Source of the DNA: Octopus sinensis
Taxonomy: Eukaryota
Direction: 5' to 3'
DNA length: 64,000 bases
NCBI RefSeq assembly: GCF_006345805.1
Contig: NC_043017.1
Location: 12,896,001 to 12,960,000, forward strand
This document shows positions 25,801 to 39,760 of this stretch, piece by piece; the stretch's first letter is position 1; each line of letters begins with the position of its first letter. The translations under genes were made by a program, and so were the position numbers. The notes beneath the pieces were generated by a model that saw only the letters and a list, made by a program, of their open reading frames with translations, ran no database searches and had not been told where the DNA came from.

Positions 25801-28800
25801 TGTTTGTCCCCTCTGTGTGTAGCCCCTTGTGGGTAGTAAAGAAACAGGAACTATTATCATTAACTTGTGTTTATCATAATTTTTCATTTCAAACAAAATG
25901 CTCAGAGGCATTTTTACAGGTTTTACATTCAAATTCCACTAAGGTTAACTTTTCCTTTCGTCCTTTTGTAGTCAATAAAACAAGTACCAGTTGAGCACTG
26001 GGGATCAACATAATCAACTAGCCCTCTTCTCCAAAATGTCAAGCCTTGTGCCCATTGTGGAAAGGATTCATCATCATCATCGTTTAACATCTGCTTTCCA
26101 TGCTGGCATGGATTGGACAGTTTGACTGAGGACTGGCAAGCCAAGGAGGCTGCACCAGGCTCCAATCTGATCTGGCAAGGTTTCTACAGCTGGATACCCT
26201 TCTGAACACCAACCACTGGGTACTTTTTATGCGACACTAGCACGGGAGCCAGTCAGGGGGCACTGGCATCGACCACGTTCGGATGGTGATTATAATTATT
26301 ATTATTATTATTATTACTATTTTAATAATGTATCTTGTGTATACAAAAAATGTATGACTGCTGCTGTTAAGTTTACAGCCCTACAGAGATTACCATCATC
26401 CAGTCAGATTCCACTAACCTGGTTAAGCTGACCGCTAACTAGTATTACTAGTTATAATTTTCTCTCTCTCTCTCTCTCTTTTTTTTTCTCTCTTTATTCT
26501 CTATTTTGTCTTTTCCCTCTCCCCCTTTCTCTTGTTTCTTAGTCCCTCTTTATCTTTCTCTGCCAATCGTTTTCTTTCCACTTCCCTCTCAAAATACTTA
26601 TAAAATGCCTTCAGTTCTACCCAACTCTTGAAACTGGTTCTCTAACGTAATGCAACAAAGTGTTTCCCTGATGAACCATTGTGGTTAAACATCCAACACA
26701 AAGTTCCAAACAACCACAATGGTGAAACACATGTAGGAACTATTATCATAATTAAGGCGGCGAGCTGGCAGAATCGTTAGCACGTTAGTCGAAATGCTTA
26801 GCGGTATTTCGTCTGCCGCTACGTTCTGAGTTCAAATTCCGCCGAGGTCGACTTTGCCTTTCATCCTTTCAGGGTCGATTAAATAAGAACCAGTTACGCA
26901 CTGGGATCGATGTAATCAACTTAATACCTATGTCTGTCCTTGTTTGTCCCCTCTGTGTTTAGTCCCTTGTGGGTAATAAAGAAATAGGTTCTGGTACTAA
27001 GGCCTCACTAGTTTAATTAGATTATCAAAACTCATTAATAATAACATTTTATCATTTTTATTTACTTTTCATATTTCATTATTTATTTTTAATCCTTCAC
27101 TATTTACATTATTCTGTCAAATGTAACACTTAAGTACCAGTTACGCACTGGGGTCGATGTAATCGACTTAATCCGTTTGTCTGTCCTTGTTTGTCCCCTC
27201 TGTGTGTAGCCCCTTGTGGGTAGTAAAGAAACAGGAACTATTATCATTAACTTGTGTTTATCATAATTTTTCATTTCAAACAAAATGCTCAGAGGCATTT
27301 TTACAGGTTTTACATTCAAATTCCACTAAGGTTAACTTTTCCTTTCGTCCTTTTGTAGTCAATAAAACAAGTACCAGTTGAGCACTGGGGATCAACATAA
27401 TCAACTAGCCCTCTTCTCCAAAATGTCAAGCCTTGTGCCCATTGTGGAAAGGATTCATCATTATCATCGTTTAACATCTGCTTTCCATGCTGGCATGGAT
27501 TGGACAGTTTGACTGAGGACTGGCAAGCCAAGGAGGCTGCACCAGGCTCCAATCTGATCTGGCAAGGTTTCTACAGCTGGATACCCTTCTGAACACCAAC
27601 CACTGGGTACTTTTTATGCGACACTGGCACGGGAGCCAGTCAGGGGGCACTGGCATCGACCACGTTCGGATGGTGATTATAATTATTATTATTATTAAGG
27701 TGGCAAGCTGCCAGAATTGTTAACTTCTCAGACAAAATCCTTAGAAGCAGTTTTTCCAGCTCTTTAAATTGTGAGTTTAATTGCCACTGAGGTCAACTTT
27801 ACTTTTCAGGGTCAATAAAATAAGTACTAGTTAAGCACTGGAGCCAATATAACCGACTTCCCTCTGCCCACAAAAAGTTGTTGGCCTTGTACCAAAATCA
27901 GAAACATTATCATTATTAATATATATACATATATATAGGGCGCAGGAGTGGCTGTGTGGTAAGTAGCTTGTTTACCAACCACATGGTACCGGGTTCAGTC
28001 CCACTACGTGGCACCTTGGGCATGTGTCTTCTACTAAAGCCTCGGGCCGACCAAAGCCTTGTGAGTTGTTTTGGTAGACGGAAACTGAAAGAAGCCCGTC
28101 GTATATATGTATATATATGCGTGCTTGTGTGTCTGTGTTTCTCCCCCTAGCATTGCTTGACAACCGATGCTGGTGTGTTTATGTCCCCGTTACTTAGCGG
28201 TTTGGCAAAAGAGACCGATAGAATAAGTACTGGGCTTACAAAAAGAATAAGTCCCGGGGTCGAGTTGCTCGATTAAAGGCAGTGCTCCAGCATGGCCGCA
28301 GTCAAATGACTGAATCAAGTAAAAGAGTAAAAGAGTATATACACTGTAAAGTGATTAGCATTAAGAAGAGCATCCAGCTAAAGGAACCAAGCCAAATTAG
28401 ACCTGGTGCAGTTCTTTGGCTGCTAGTTCTGGCCAAACCGTCCAACCCATGCCAGCATGGAAAACAGGTGTTAAAGGATGATGATGATGATTATGATACT
28501 TATATAATGAAATAATGACAGATCTTTTATCTTTTACTTCTTTCAGTCATTAGACTGTGGCCATGCTGGGGCACCGTCTTGAGGAATTTCAGTTGAAGTA
28601 ATGGAATCCTCTTTAATACCCTTAGTGTAATTTGCATTATTAATCATCTTCACACACAGGTATTTCACAACAGTGCTGACTTTTAACCCTTTCATTATCA
28701 TATATCTGTTGAAACACATGGCTTTTGTTTTGGTTAATTTTGAAAATAATGGAGAATTTAGGAAAATGTAAAAAGCACTTTCTGAACGGGATTGATGTCA

Positions 28801-29159
28801 GGCCCGCCTGACTGGCTTTTGTGTCAGTGGCACGTAAAAAGCACCCACTACTCTCTCAGAGTGGTTGGCATTAGGAAGGGCATCCAGCTGTAGAAACCTG
28901 GCCAGATCAGATTAGAGCATGGTGCAGCCGCTGGCTCTCCAGACTTCAGTGAAACCATTCAACCCATGCCAGCATGGAAAACAGATATTAAATGATGATA
29001 ATTGACCCCAGTACCTATCGATTCTATTTTTAAGTCTAGTACTTAAACTTTCGGTCTCTTTTGCCAAACCAATAAGTTACAGGGACATAAACACAACAAC
29101 ACTGGTTCTCAAGTGGTGGTGGGAGGCAAACAAAGAGAGAAAGACACACACACACACAT

Positions 29160-29191
<32 letters not shown>

Positions 29192-32100
29192 CAAGCATGT
29201 AAATAATAACACAAATGGGCTGAGGTTCACTACAGCTGTTTCAGGCATGTTTTTTTTATTGATGACCAAATCAATTACATCTTGTAAACAAACTGTTTTC
29301 TTCAGATGAATTAAAATTAAAATAAAATTTAACATTTAAGATTTTTGACACAAAGAATATATATTTCTTTACTACCCACAAGGGGCTAAGCATAGAGAGG
29401 ACAAACAAGGACAGACAAACGGATTAAGTCGATTACATCGGCCCCAGTACGTAACTGGTACTTAATTTATCGACCCCGAAAGGATGAAAGGCAAAGTCGA
29501 CCTCAGCGGAATTTGAACTCAGAACGTAGCAACGGGCGAAATACCGTGAAGCACTTTGCCCAGCGTGCTAACGTCTCTGCCAGCTCGCCGCCTTAAGAAT
29601 ATAGAATACACATCTCTCATCTCAGTGCTGGTTATGACAGGCTTCTTTCAATTTCCATCTACCAAATCCACCGACAAGGTTTTGGTCGGCCTGCGGCACT
29701 AGTAGAAGACACTTGCCTAAGGTGCCATGCAGTGGGAATGAACCCAGAACCATATGGTCGGGAAGCAAAACTCCTTACCACACAGCCACGCCTGTGCATA
29801 ATAGACAGATGTTGAAGAACATAGAAAAATCTCATTGACAATATTTAAATGATGCCTAACCTGGCTGCAAGAGTTCAAGTAAAACATCCGAGTCAGCTTT
29901 AATCAAGAGAGTCTCGAGACAATCAAGGACTTTGTGTTCGGTCAGCCAAGTAAATCCATGGTCACTTGTGGTCAAGTTTGTTAGTAGTTCTACGCAGTTC
30001 ATCTTTGCCAGTACATCCGCACTATCACCATAGAGTTCGTTAAGAAGATTTTCCAACAGACCAGATCCAATCACCAATGACAAATTTCGGGCTGATGAAT
30101 TGCCAATATTAACGAGCAACTAGAAAACAATTTGGATGAATATATTAGTAATTAGATAAGACTCAGTGTGTGTGTGTGTGTGTGTATGTATGTATAGACA
30201 TATACATGTGTGTACATATACATATATATCCTTTAAGTTCATTTACAGTAAACTTTTTTTAGTTGGATTCCATCTGCAAAAGCAGTTTTATGAGATCATA
30301 CCAAGCTGTGCTGATATAACACAGGGCTGAACACAGACAGGACAAATTACAAAGTAGAGCTTTTCCTTTTGGGGAGAAAAAAAAAAGTGGGGTAGGTTTT
30401 CAATCAAAAGGGATCATGAAAAGGAAAGAAAAAAAAACGATCAATAGGAATCGTGTATGACAGAAATGTCATGATATAAAGTGTAAAGGGGGAAGCAGAT
30501 AAGGTTTATCTGAGGAAAGAAAAGCCTACGGAAAAGACCATGGTAACCTCGGTCAATAATGTCACATGTTAACACATTTATTTGCAAGTAAGTAACTCTG
30601 TTTTAAATTTTTCCGGGTTCATAGGATTATGCTCAAGGTGGCTTCGTCATTCATATGTAGCATCCTTGCTACATTCACCCATCTTTTTTTGAAACATTCG
30701 CTAGACAAAACTTGCCTCTCTACTCTCATTCATGAATATTTTAATGTATCACTATGCGGGTTTCCACAAATCACATGTTTTTAGTGACCATAGTCTGCGT
30801 TCATGGGATGATTACAGCCTAATCTGTAATACCTATTTCTTTATTACCCACAAGGGGCTAAACACAGAGGGGACAAACTAGGACAGACATAGGTATTAAG
30901 TCGATTACATCGACTCCAGTGCGTAACTGGTACTTAATTTATCGACCCCGAAAGGATGAAAGGCAAAGTCGACCTCGGCGGAATTTGAACTCACAACGTA
31001 ACGACAGACGAAATACGGCTACGCATTTCACCTGGCGTGCTAACGTTTCTGCCAGCTCGCCGCCCTATAATCTGTAATACCCATGTACATCAGGTGAGTC
31101 TTTGTGCGGGTGTTTGTGTTTGTAAAGGACCAATTTGGTAAAACACGGTGCTAAACTACAAAAATCTAAGAACCACTGAACTACATTATCATATCATCTT
31201 TACTTATTTCAGATACAAGGTCATCATTCAAGAGAGATTTAGCTGTTCTCTCTAGCAAGTTAAGCGACCACATAAAGACACCTTTGTTTGATAATAATCA
31301 TAAGTTTTATCCAACATACACACCCACACCCACTAATGATATAGTCTTCTACCCTGCAATCAGTCTCTCAATCAAGTCTTTGTATTAAAGGTAATAAAAA
31401 TATAACAATCCTTTAATTATAGACGTTCATTATAGGAGTGTTGCCGTGGCCTAGTTTACAGACTCCACAATGGCAGAAAATATATTGAAATTATCATGAT
31501 CATCATTATAGTCGTTACTATTATTATTGTGAGAGAGCAGCACACACCATCAAAGTGGCATGGGGTACAAATATACGCAGCCCCATACACCCATCATGAC
31601 TACTCATCTGATAAGAATAAACCTTGCACCATTGCATCACAGCTATGTTTGTGTGACATGGTGACCTCATATCAAGATAAACAGCACATGACTTTACAGG
31701 TGAAGCCAAATTAGAATTTTCATCGGTGTTTCCACCGAGGTTAACTTTGCCTTTCGTGTTTTTTGGGATTCAATAAAATAAGTACTAGTTGAACAATGGA
31801 ATAGATGGAATCAACTTAACCACTCCCTTGAAATTGCTGGCCTTGTGCCAAAACTTGAAACATTATTATTATTATTATTATTATTATTAAACTCTGCTTG
31901 CGAAGACCTGTGGACATTAACCCTTTAGCATTCAGATTACCCTGTCAAATGTAAAGCCTATTTAATTACATTGTTTTAGATTAATTGTACAGCATCTTGT
32001 AACTGAGATTTTGATGATGACCCTGTTTATTTTTAGAATGACTTTGTAGGGTAGGTGTGAGAGGTCAGAGCTGGCTGGTTTGAGCATAAAACAGGAAGAC

Positions 32101-33591
32101 AATTTTGGCCTGATATGGCCAGTTTAAACACTAAGGGGTTAAACTCTGCTTGCGAAGATCTGTTGAGGCAAGTGAAATTCAAATCCAAATCAAAATCAAA
32201 TTCGATGACTGGCATCCGTGCTAGCAGGGTGCAAAGAGCACCATATGAGCGTGATCGTTGACAGAGTGGCTAACCGGTTTCCGTGCCAGTGGCACATAAA
32301 AGGCACCATTCGAGTGTAATCGTTACCAGTGTCGCCTTACTGTCACTTGAGCCCTGTGCTAGTAGGGTGCCAAGAGCACCATCTGAGCATGATCGCTGCC
32401 AGAGCGGCTAACTGGCTTCCATGCCGGTGGCATGTAAAAGCACCATTCGAGTGTGATCGTTACCAGCATCGCTTTACTGGCACCTGTGCCAGTGGCATGT
32501 GTAAAAATATTCAAGTGAGGTCGTTGCCAGTACTGCCTGACTGGCACCCCCATGCCAGTGGTACGTAAAAGCACCCACTACACTCTCAGAGTGGTTGGCA
32601 TTAGGAAGGGCATCCAGCTGTAGAAACTCTGCCAGACCAAGATTGGAGCCTGGTGCAGCCATCTGGTTCGCCAGCCTCAGTCAAATCGTCCAACCCATGC
32701 TAGCATGGAAGGCGGACGTTAAACGACGATGATGATGATGATGATTATTAACGCAGCAAGTTAGCAGAATCATTAGCACACCAGGCAAAATGCTTAGCAA
32801 CATTTCATTCTGAGTTCAAATTCCACTGATGTCAACTTAGTCTTTCATCCTTTTAGGATCGATAAATTAAGTACCAGTCAAGTCCTGGGGTTGATGTGAT
32901 CAACTTATCCTCTCCCCACAAATTCTAGACCTTGTGCCTATATTAGAAAGAATTATTATTAATATTATTAATATTATTATTAAGGCTGCAAACTAGCAGG
33001 TTCATCAAAGCATTGACAAAAAATGCTTAGCAGCACTTCTTTGAGATTTTTACATTCCAAGTTCAAATTCTGCCAAAGTTAACTTTGCCCCCTATCCTTT
33101 CTGGGTTGATAAAATAAAGTACCAGTCAAGTGCTGGGGTTAATGCAATAAACTCACCTCCTGCCCCCAAAAATTACTAGCCTTGTCCTACAATTTGAAAT
33201 CATCATCATTATTACTATTGTCACTATTATTATCATCATCACTATTATTATTACCATAATTATCATCCTTATCACTATTATTATTAGTATTATCCGAAAG
33301 GTGGCACGTAAAAGCACCATCTGATCGTGGCCGTTGCCAGCCTCGCCTGGCCCCCGTGCCGGTGGCACGTAAAAAGCACCATCCATCCGTGGCCGTTTGC
33401 CAGCTCCGTCTGGCACCTGTGCAGGTGGCACGTAAAAAGCACCCACTACACTCACGGAGTGGTTGGCGTTAGGAAGGGCATCCAGCTGTAGAAACACTGC
33501 CAGATCAGACCGGGCCTGATGCAGCCTTCTGGCTTCACAGACCCCAGTTGAACCGTCCAACCCATGCTAGCGTGGAAAACGGATGTTAAAC

Positions 33592-33631
<40 letters not shown>

Positions 33632-35772
33632 ATCATCATCCTGATTATCATTCAATTTAAAAACTACCCAGAATTTGCCAGTCTCCGAAAAAATGACATA
33701 ATCCATTTACTTTCAACAACTGCAATATTTATAAAATGGAAACAATATTATTATTATTATTATTATTGAGGCCTTGTGCTTCCAGTAGAAAGAATTATTA
33801 TTATTATTATTATTAATCCATCAACAAAGAACAGTGAATGTATGTGTTGCTAGGGATGCCTGGGTTTCAAATATGAAGAGTAAACAATAAAAATGAATAA
33901 TTGGTTAATGTATTATTTTAGTTAATTATTCAGGAACAAACTGTACAAACAGTGAAATAACGACAGCCATCTTTTACATAGACATGAATGAACTGATAAT
34001 GAATACAAATTTTATACCAGATAGATAGATAGACAGATGGACAGACAGACAGAGACAGACAGACAGACAGACAGACGGACAGATGGACAAACAGACAGGC
34101 AGACAGACAGACAGATAGGCAGACAGACATATAGATAGACAGATGGACAGACAAACAGAGATAGACAAACAGACAGGCAGATGGACAAACAGACAGGCAG
34201 ACAGATAGGCAGACAGAGAGACAGGCAGAGAGACAGGCAGGCAGACAGAGAGACAGGCAGGCAGATAGACAGACAGACAGGCAGATAGACAGACAGACAT
34301 ATAGATAGACAGATGGACAGACAGAGATAGACAGACAGGCAGACGGACAGATGGACAAACAGACAGGCAGACAGATAGGCAGACAGACAGGCAGACAGAT
34401 AGGCAGACAGACACCCAGACAGACAGGCAGATAGACAGACAGACATATAGACAGACAAATTGATAGACAGACAGATAGACGGAGCGATAGATGGACAGAT
34501 AGATGGACGGATGGACAGATGAATGGGCAGGTAGACAGCTGGATAGATAATGATGGAACTAAACAAATAAAACCACTTGGGCTAGATATGTAAAATATAC
34601 ATATAATATGATAAATGTGAAAACTAATTTGTGTGCTGTAGTGTCACACTTTGACCCCCTCTCTCACTTCCTCATGCTGGGGTGAGAGTAATAGTAGGCA
34701 TAGAGACGGTAAGGGTGGTGGCGAAGGCAGAAAGAGAGAAAGAAGAAGAGAGGGAGAGAAAGAAAGACAAAGAAATTTAGGAGAGCTGATGATGTTTTAT
34801 TAAAAGTAGTGTTGATGACAACAATAGGAGTAATAATGAGAGAGAGAGAGAGAGAGAGAGAGTAGGTATGTGAGAGAAAGAGGGAGATGTACAACTTTGC
34901 TGGACAGAAACTCCTGTGGCCAGCATACTGAACACTATAATTTTTGTTTTATTTTTTGCTTTCTTTAAAATATATATATATATAATATATATATATATAA
35001 TATATATATATATATTATATATATATATGTAAAAGTAAAAAAATATATACAAACTGAGACAAGAACATGAAACACCTAGAAGATGACACAAGAAACACAG
35101 GACGGGACATTCGAAGCCCTCAATCATCAGTCAAGAACCGGATCATCTTCGCAATTTCGGCTGATCAATCTTGAGATTGCTCCGATCCGGGCAGCCCCCA
35201 AGGGAAATCTAAGCCAAGCGCATTAGATCCCTTGGAAGAAAGCCTCGAATGTATACAACACAAGGACGGAAAACGGACGATATATAAATCCATGGGGTAA
35301 TTATAATCAAAGTAAGCAACAAGAATATCTTCGGTAATTTGGTACGATCGTTTCATGCTCCATCATTTTATTAAACATTGTAAGTATTACATCAGTTTTA
35401 AAATGTTGAGCAATCTTCAGTCGTATGCACCCACAAGGCTTGTTCAGCCCAAAGCTGTAGCAGCAGACAGTTGTACCAGGTACCATTCAGACTGGACCCA
35501 GAACCGTGTGGTTGGGAAGTGAACTTCTTACGATGCTATAACACCTATACCTATATATATATATATGTTAAATGATGATGATAAAATACAGTAAAATAAA
35601 TTAAATAAAATGTCCTCAGCCGCAAGGTTGAAACTCACCTCATAAACTCTGAATCGAACCACGTCATTTGTCTTTATAATGGAGTCCAACACTGCGTGTA
35701 GATCACTATGGAAGAGTTGCTGTAGACTTTCGGGACAGTCTCCTATAACAGTGAACCACAATATATACAATG

Positions 35773-35819
<47 letters not shown>

Positions 35820-36111
35820 TATAACGGGAAGCTTTATGAAAATAGACAAAAGATATATACACACACACATTGTATATATATATATGCATAAATTCACATA
35901 CATACACAGATACACGTAGATATACATACACACACATGCATATATATATACATACATACATAGAAACATATATACATACACAAATACTCACACATATACA
36001 CACACACACACATACAGACACACACAGACAGACACACACACATACATACAGACACACACACACACACACACACATATCTATATACACACACACATATATA
36101 TATACATACAT

Positions 36112-36142
<31 letters not shown>

Positions 36143-36828
36143 AACACATATCTATATACACAGACACACACATATTCTTACATTTTTTTTTACTCGTTTC
36201 AGTCATTTGGCTGAATGACGATGATATTGATCTATGCTGAGACTCCCTTCGGCCATGACACAGACCATGGGACTGCACCTAGAAAGTTACCCACCCAAGC
36301 ACAAGTTCGGGCAAGGTTGTTTACGGACGACCAGCAGTCGCCCGTGCATACCGACCTCCCCTCTCCACGCCACCAGTGTTATCCAAGGGAGAGGCAAAGG
36401 GGCCGATACAGCTTGGCACCAGTGATGTCGCAACTCATTTCTACGGATGAGTGAACTGGAGCATCATGAAATAAAGTGTCTTGCTCAAGAACACAACAAG
36501 CAGCCCGGTCCGGGATTCGAACTCACAACCTCGCGGTCATAAGCTCGGCACTCTAACCACTGAGCTATGCACCTTCACTTGATGAGATATATATATATAT
36601 ATAAAAACATATATATATAGTTTGCTTTATGTCAACCTGAGAAAGTGGATGTCAAAAACCAGTGACACCAGCACAAGATATCACACAGTAGTTATGAAAC
36701 CATCTTGTGAGAGATTTCACAGTTATTTCTAGCAGATCCAATGACCATGTTGCAGACCCCTCGCAAATATCACTCAATATGTATGTATGTGTGTGTGTGC
36801 ATGTACACACACACATCTACACATTATA

Positions 36829-36899
<71 letters not shown>

Positions 36900-38503
36900 C
36901 GCAGGAGTGGCTGTGTGGTAAGTAGCTTACTAACCAACCACATGGTTCCAGGTTCAGTCCCACTGCGTGGCATCTTGGGCATGTGTCTTCTGCTACAGCC
37001 CTGGGCCGACCAATGCCTTGTGAGTGGATTTGGTAGACAGAAACTGAAAGAAGCCTGTCGTATATATGTACATATATATAAGTGTGTGTGTATATGTTTG
37101 TGTGTCTGTGTTTGTCACCCCCCCCCCCTAGCATTGCTTGACAACCGATGCTGGTATGTTTACGTCCCCATCACTTAGCGGTTTGGCAAAAGAGACCGAT
37201 AGAATAAGTACTGGGCTTACAAAGAATAAGTCCCGCGGTCGATTTGCTCGACTAAAGGCGGTGCTCCAGCATGGCCGCAGTCAAATGACTGAAACAAGTA
37301 AAAGAGTAAAAGAGTATATATATAGTAACAGTGATTATTTCAAAAGAAAACAAGGCTCAGATTACCAGCTAATGATTGGAAATAAGTAAGTCAGAGCACT
37401 GAAGACTTTCAGTTACAATGATTTAAAGAATTCTCTACACTCATGTATTGAGTCCTATAATTTATTGGCTCTGGTGACTCAACATTTCATGCATAAATAC
37501 ATACATAACATACATACATACATACACACTATACTCTACTTACCGAGTTTGTTAAGGATAGAAGCAGCAGATGTGGCTATTTGTAAATTGTCTTCTGCCA
37601 ACAGTTGCAGCAGACAGGAAAGGAACTGGTGATTCTTGGCCAAATAGACTTCAAATAGATCAGATGGAAGACGCTTTAACTAAAAGGAAAAGAAATTATT
37701 ACACACATGTGAGTGAGAACACTTTGAGATATTTTTGGTATCTAACATATGTCAGATACTGCGAGCGCTGCTTCTGATTGGTCAATCCATGGTGATGACC
37801 CGAGGTCACGGTGACAGCGCTGCTTCTGATTGGTCAATTCATGGTGATGACCCGAGGTCACGGTGACGGCACTACTTTTGTCATTCATAAGTTACAACTA
37901 AACGCGAAGAATTTAGTTATTGGGTTAATAAAATATGGTCGTTTATTCGTGTGTAATAAATAAAATACCAAACTCATTCCCTATGGATACCGTATCTATT
38001 ACAACTCGTGGCTTGTAAACGTATCTAACGAGCGAAAGCCACTCGTTGTAATACAGTATTCATAGGGAACTCGTTTGGTATTCTCTATATAAACAACAGC
38101 AGTTAATACACACAGAGACATTACATACATCATCATCATCGTTTAACGTCTGCTTTCCATGCTAGCATGGGTTGGACGATTTGACTGAGGATTGGCGAAC
38201 CAGATGGCTGCACCAGGCAACAATTTGATTTAGCAGAGTTTCTACAGCTGGATGCCCTTCCTAATGCCAACCACTCCAAGAGCGCAGTGGGTGCTTTTAC
38301 ATGCCACCGGCACGAGGGCCAGTCAGACGGTACTGACAACGGCTATGCTCAAATGGTGTTTTTCACATGCCACCTGCACAGGAGCCAGTCCAGTGGCACT
38401 AGCAATGACCCCACTTGAATGTTTTTTCATGTGCCACTGGCAGAAGTGCCAGTAAGGCGACGCTGGTAACGATCACATTCGAATGGTGCTTTTTACGTGC
38501 CTT

Positions 38504-38548
<45 letters not shown>

Positions 38549-38730
38549 TAATATATATAGGCGTAGGAGTTGCTGTGTGGTAAGTAGCTTGCTAACCAAC
38601 CACATGGTTCCGGGTTCAGTCCCACTGCGTGGCATCTTGGGCAAGTGTCTTCTGCTATAGCCCCGGGCTGACCAATGCCTTGTGAGTGGATTTGGTAGAC
38701 GGAAACTGAAAGAAGCCTGTCGTATATATG

Positions 38731-38765
<35 letters not shown>

Positions 38766-39708
38766 TTGTGTGTCTGTGTTTGTCCCCCTAGCATTGCTTG
38801 ACAACCGATGCTGGTATGTTTACGTCCCCGTCACTTAGCGGTTCAGCAAAAGAGACTGATAGAATAAGTACTGGGCTTACAAAGAATAAGTCCCGGGGTC
38901 GAGTTGCTCGATTAAAGGCGGTGCTCCAGCATGGCCGCAGTCAAATGACTGAAACAAGTAAGAGTAAAAGAGTAAAGAGTATATATAAACAAAATCAAAC
39001 ACACATATGCAAGGTATGTGTGTCGTTAGTTTGTGGGTCAGCTGCAGATTTTAGGTGTAAGAAAATATATTCTCAGTGCACCTGGTGTAAAAAAACACCT
39101 GGTAAGTCACAGTCAAGTGAGACAACTCACATAGGTCCCTTCTCAAAGCAACAATGTTTTGTCATTGTTTTGACTTATCAATGCCACATACCAAACAAAG
39201 CTTGCTGCAAGCCATACCACTGAGTATGACCTCATGCAAAATGGTTTAAACATTGTCTGCTGACATGTCTCAACGTTTCAGGCTACAGAAAAATTTGAAG
39301 TATGTATGATGTGTGTACCTATTTCTGTGTGTATACATGCCTGCAAGAGAGAGAGAGAGATTGTTTCTTTATATATGTATGAAAATACTGTCTAACCTTC
39401 TTTTGTTTTTTAAGATTTTAAGGTGTGAGACGGAAGGTGAGATTTGGCTGCTATTTCTAGCAATAAGTAGAAACTATCTCATTGGTTTCATTTTGGTTTG
39501 CTACTACTTGCAGAGGCAAAAATTACCTCCCCTCAGTGTTTTAACCAGATTCATGACCTCCAAAGGAAGCCTAGTACTTATTCTTTTGGTCTCTTTTGCC
39601 GAACTGCTAAGTTACGGGGACGTAAACACACCAGCATCAGTTGTCAAGCTATGTTGGGGAGACAAACACAGACACACAAACATATACACACACACACACA
39701 CACACACA

Positions 39709-39760
<52 letters not shown>

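Noticed and set aside
33930-34566. SVCL/YI/CV-rich ORFs here and at 2041-2361, 8285-8734, 35706-36214, 51180-51790 and 59637-59876
   Set aside because: These are translations of microsatellites.
35106-35130. Second hammerhead-like string CTGATGA..CGAATGTC (minus)
   Set aside because: No plausible stem I or stem II can be drawn in this copy.
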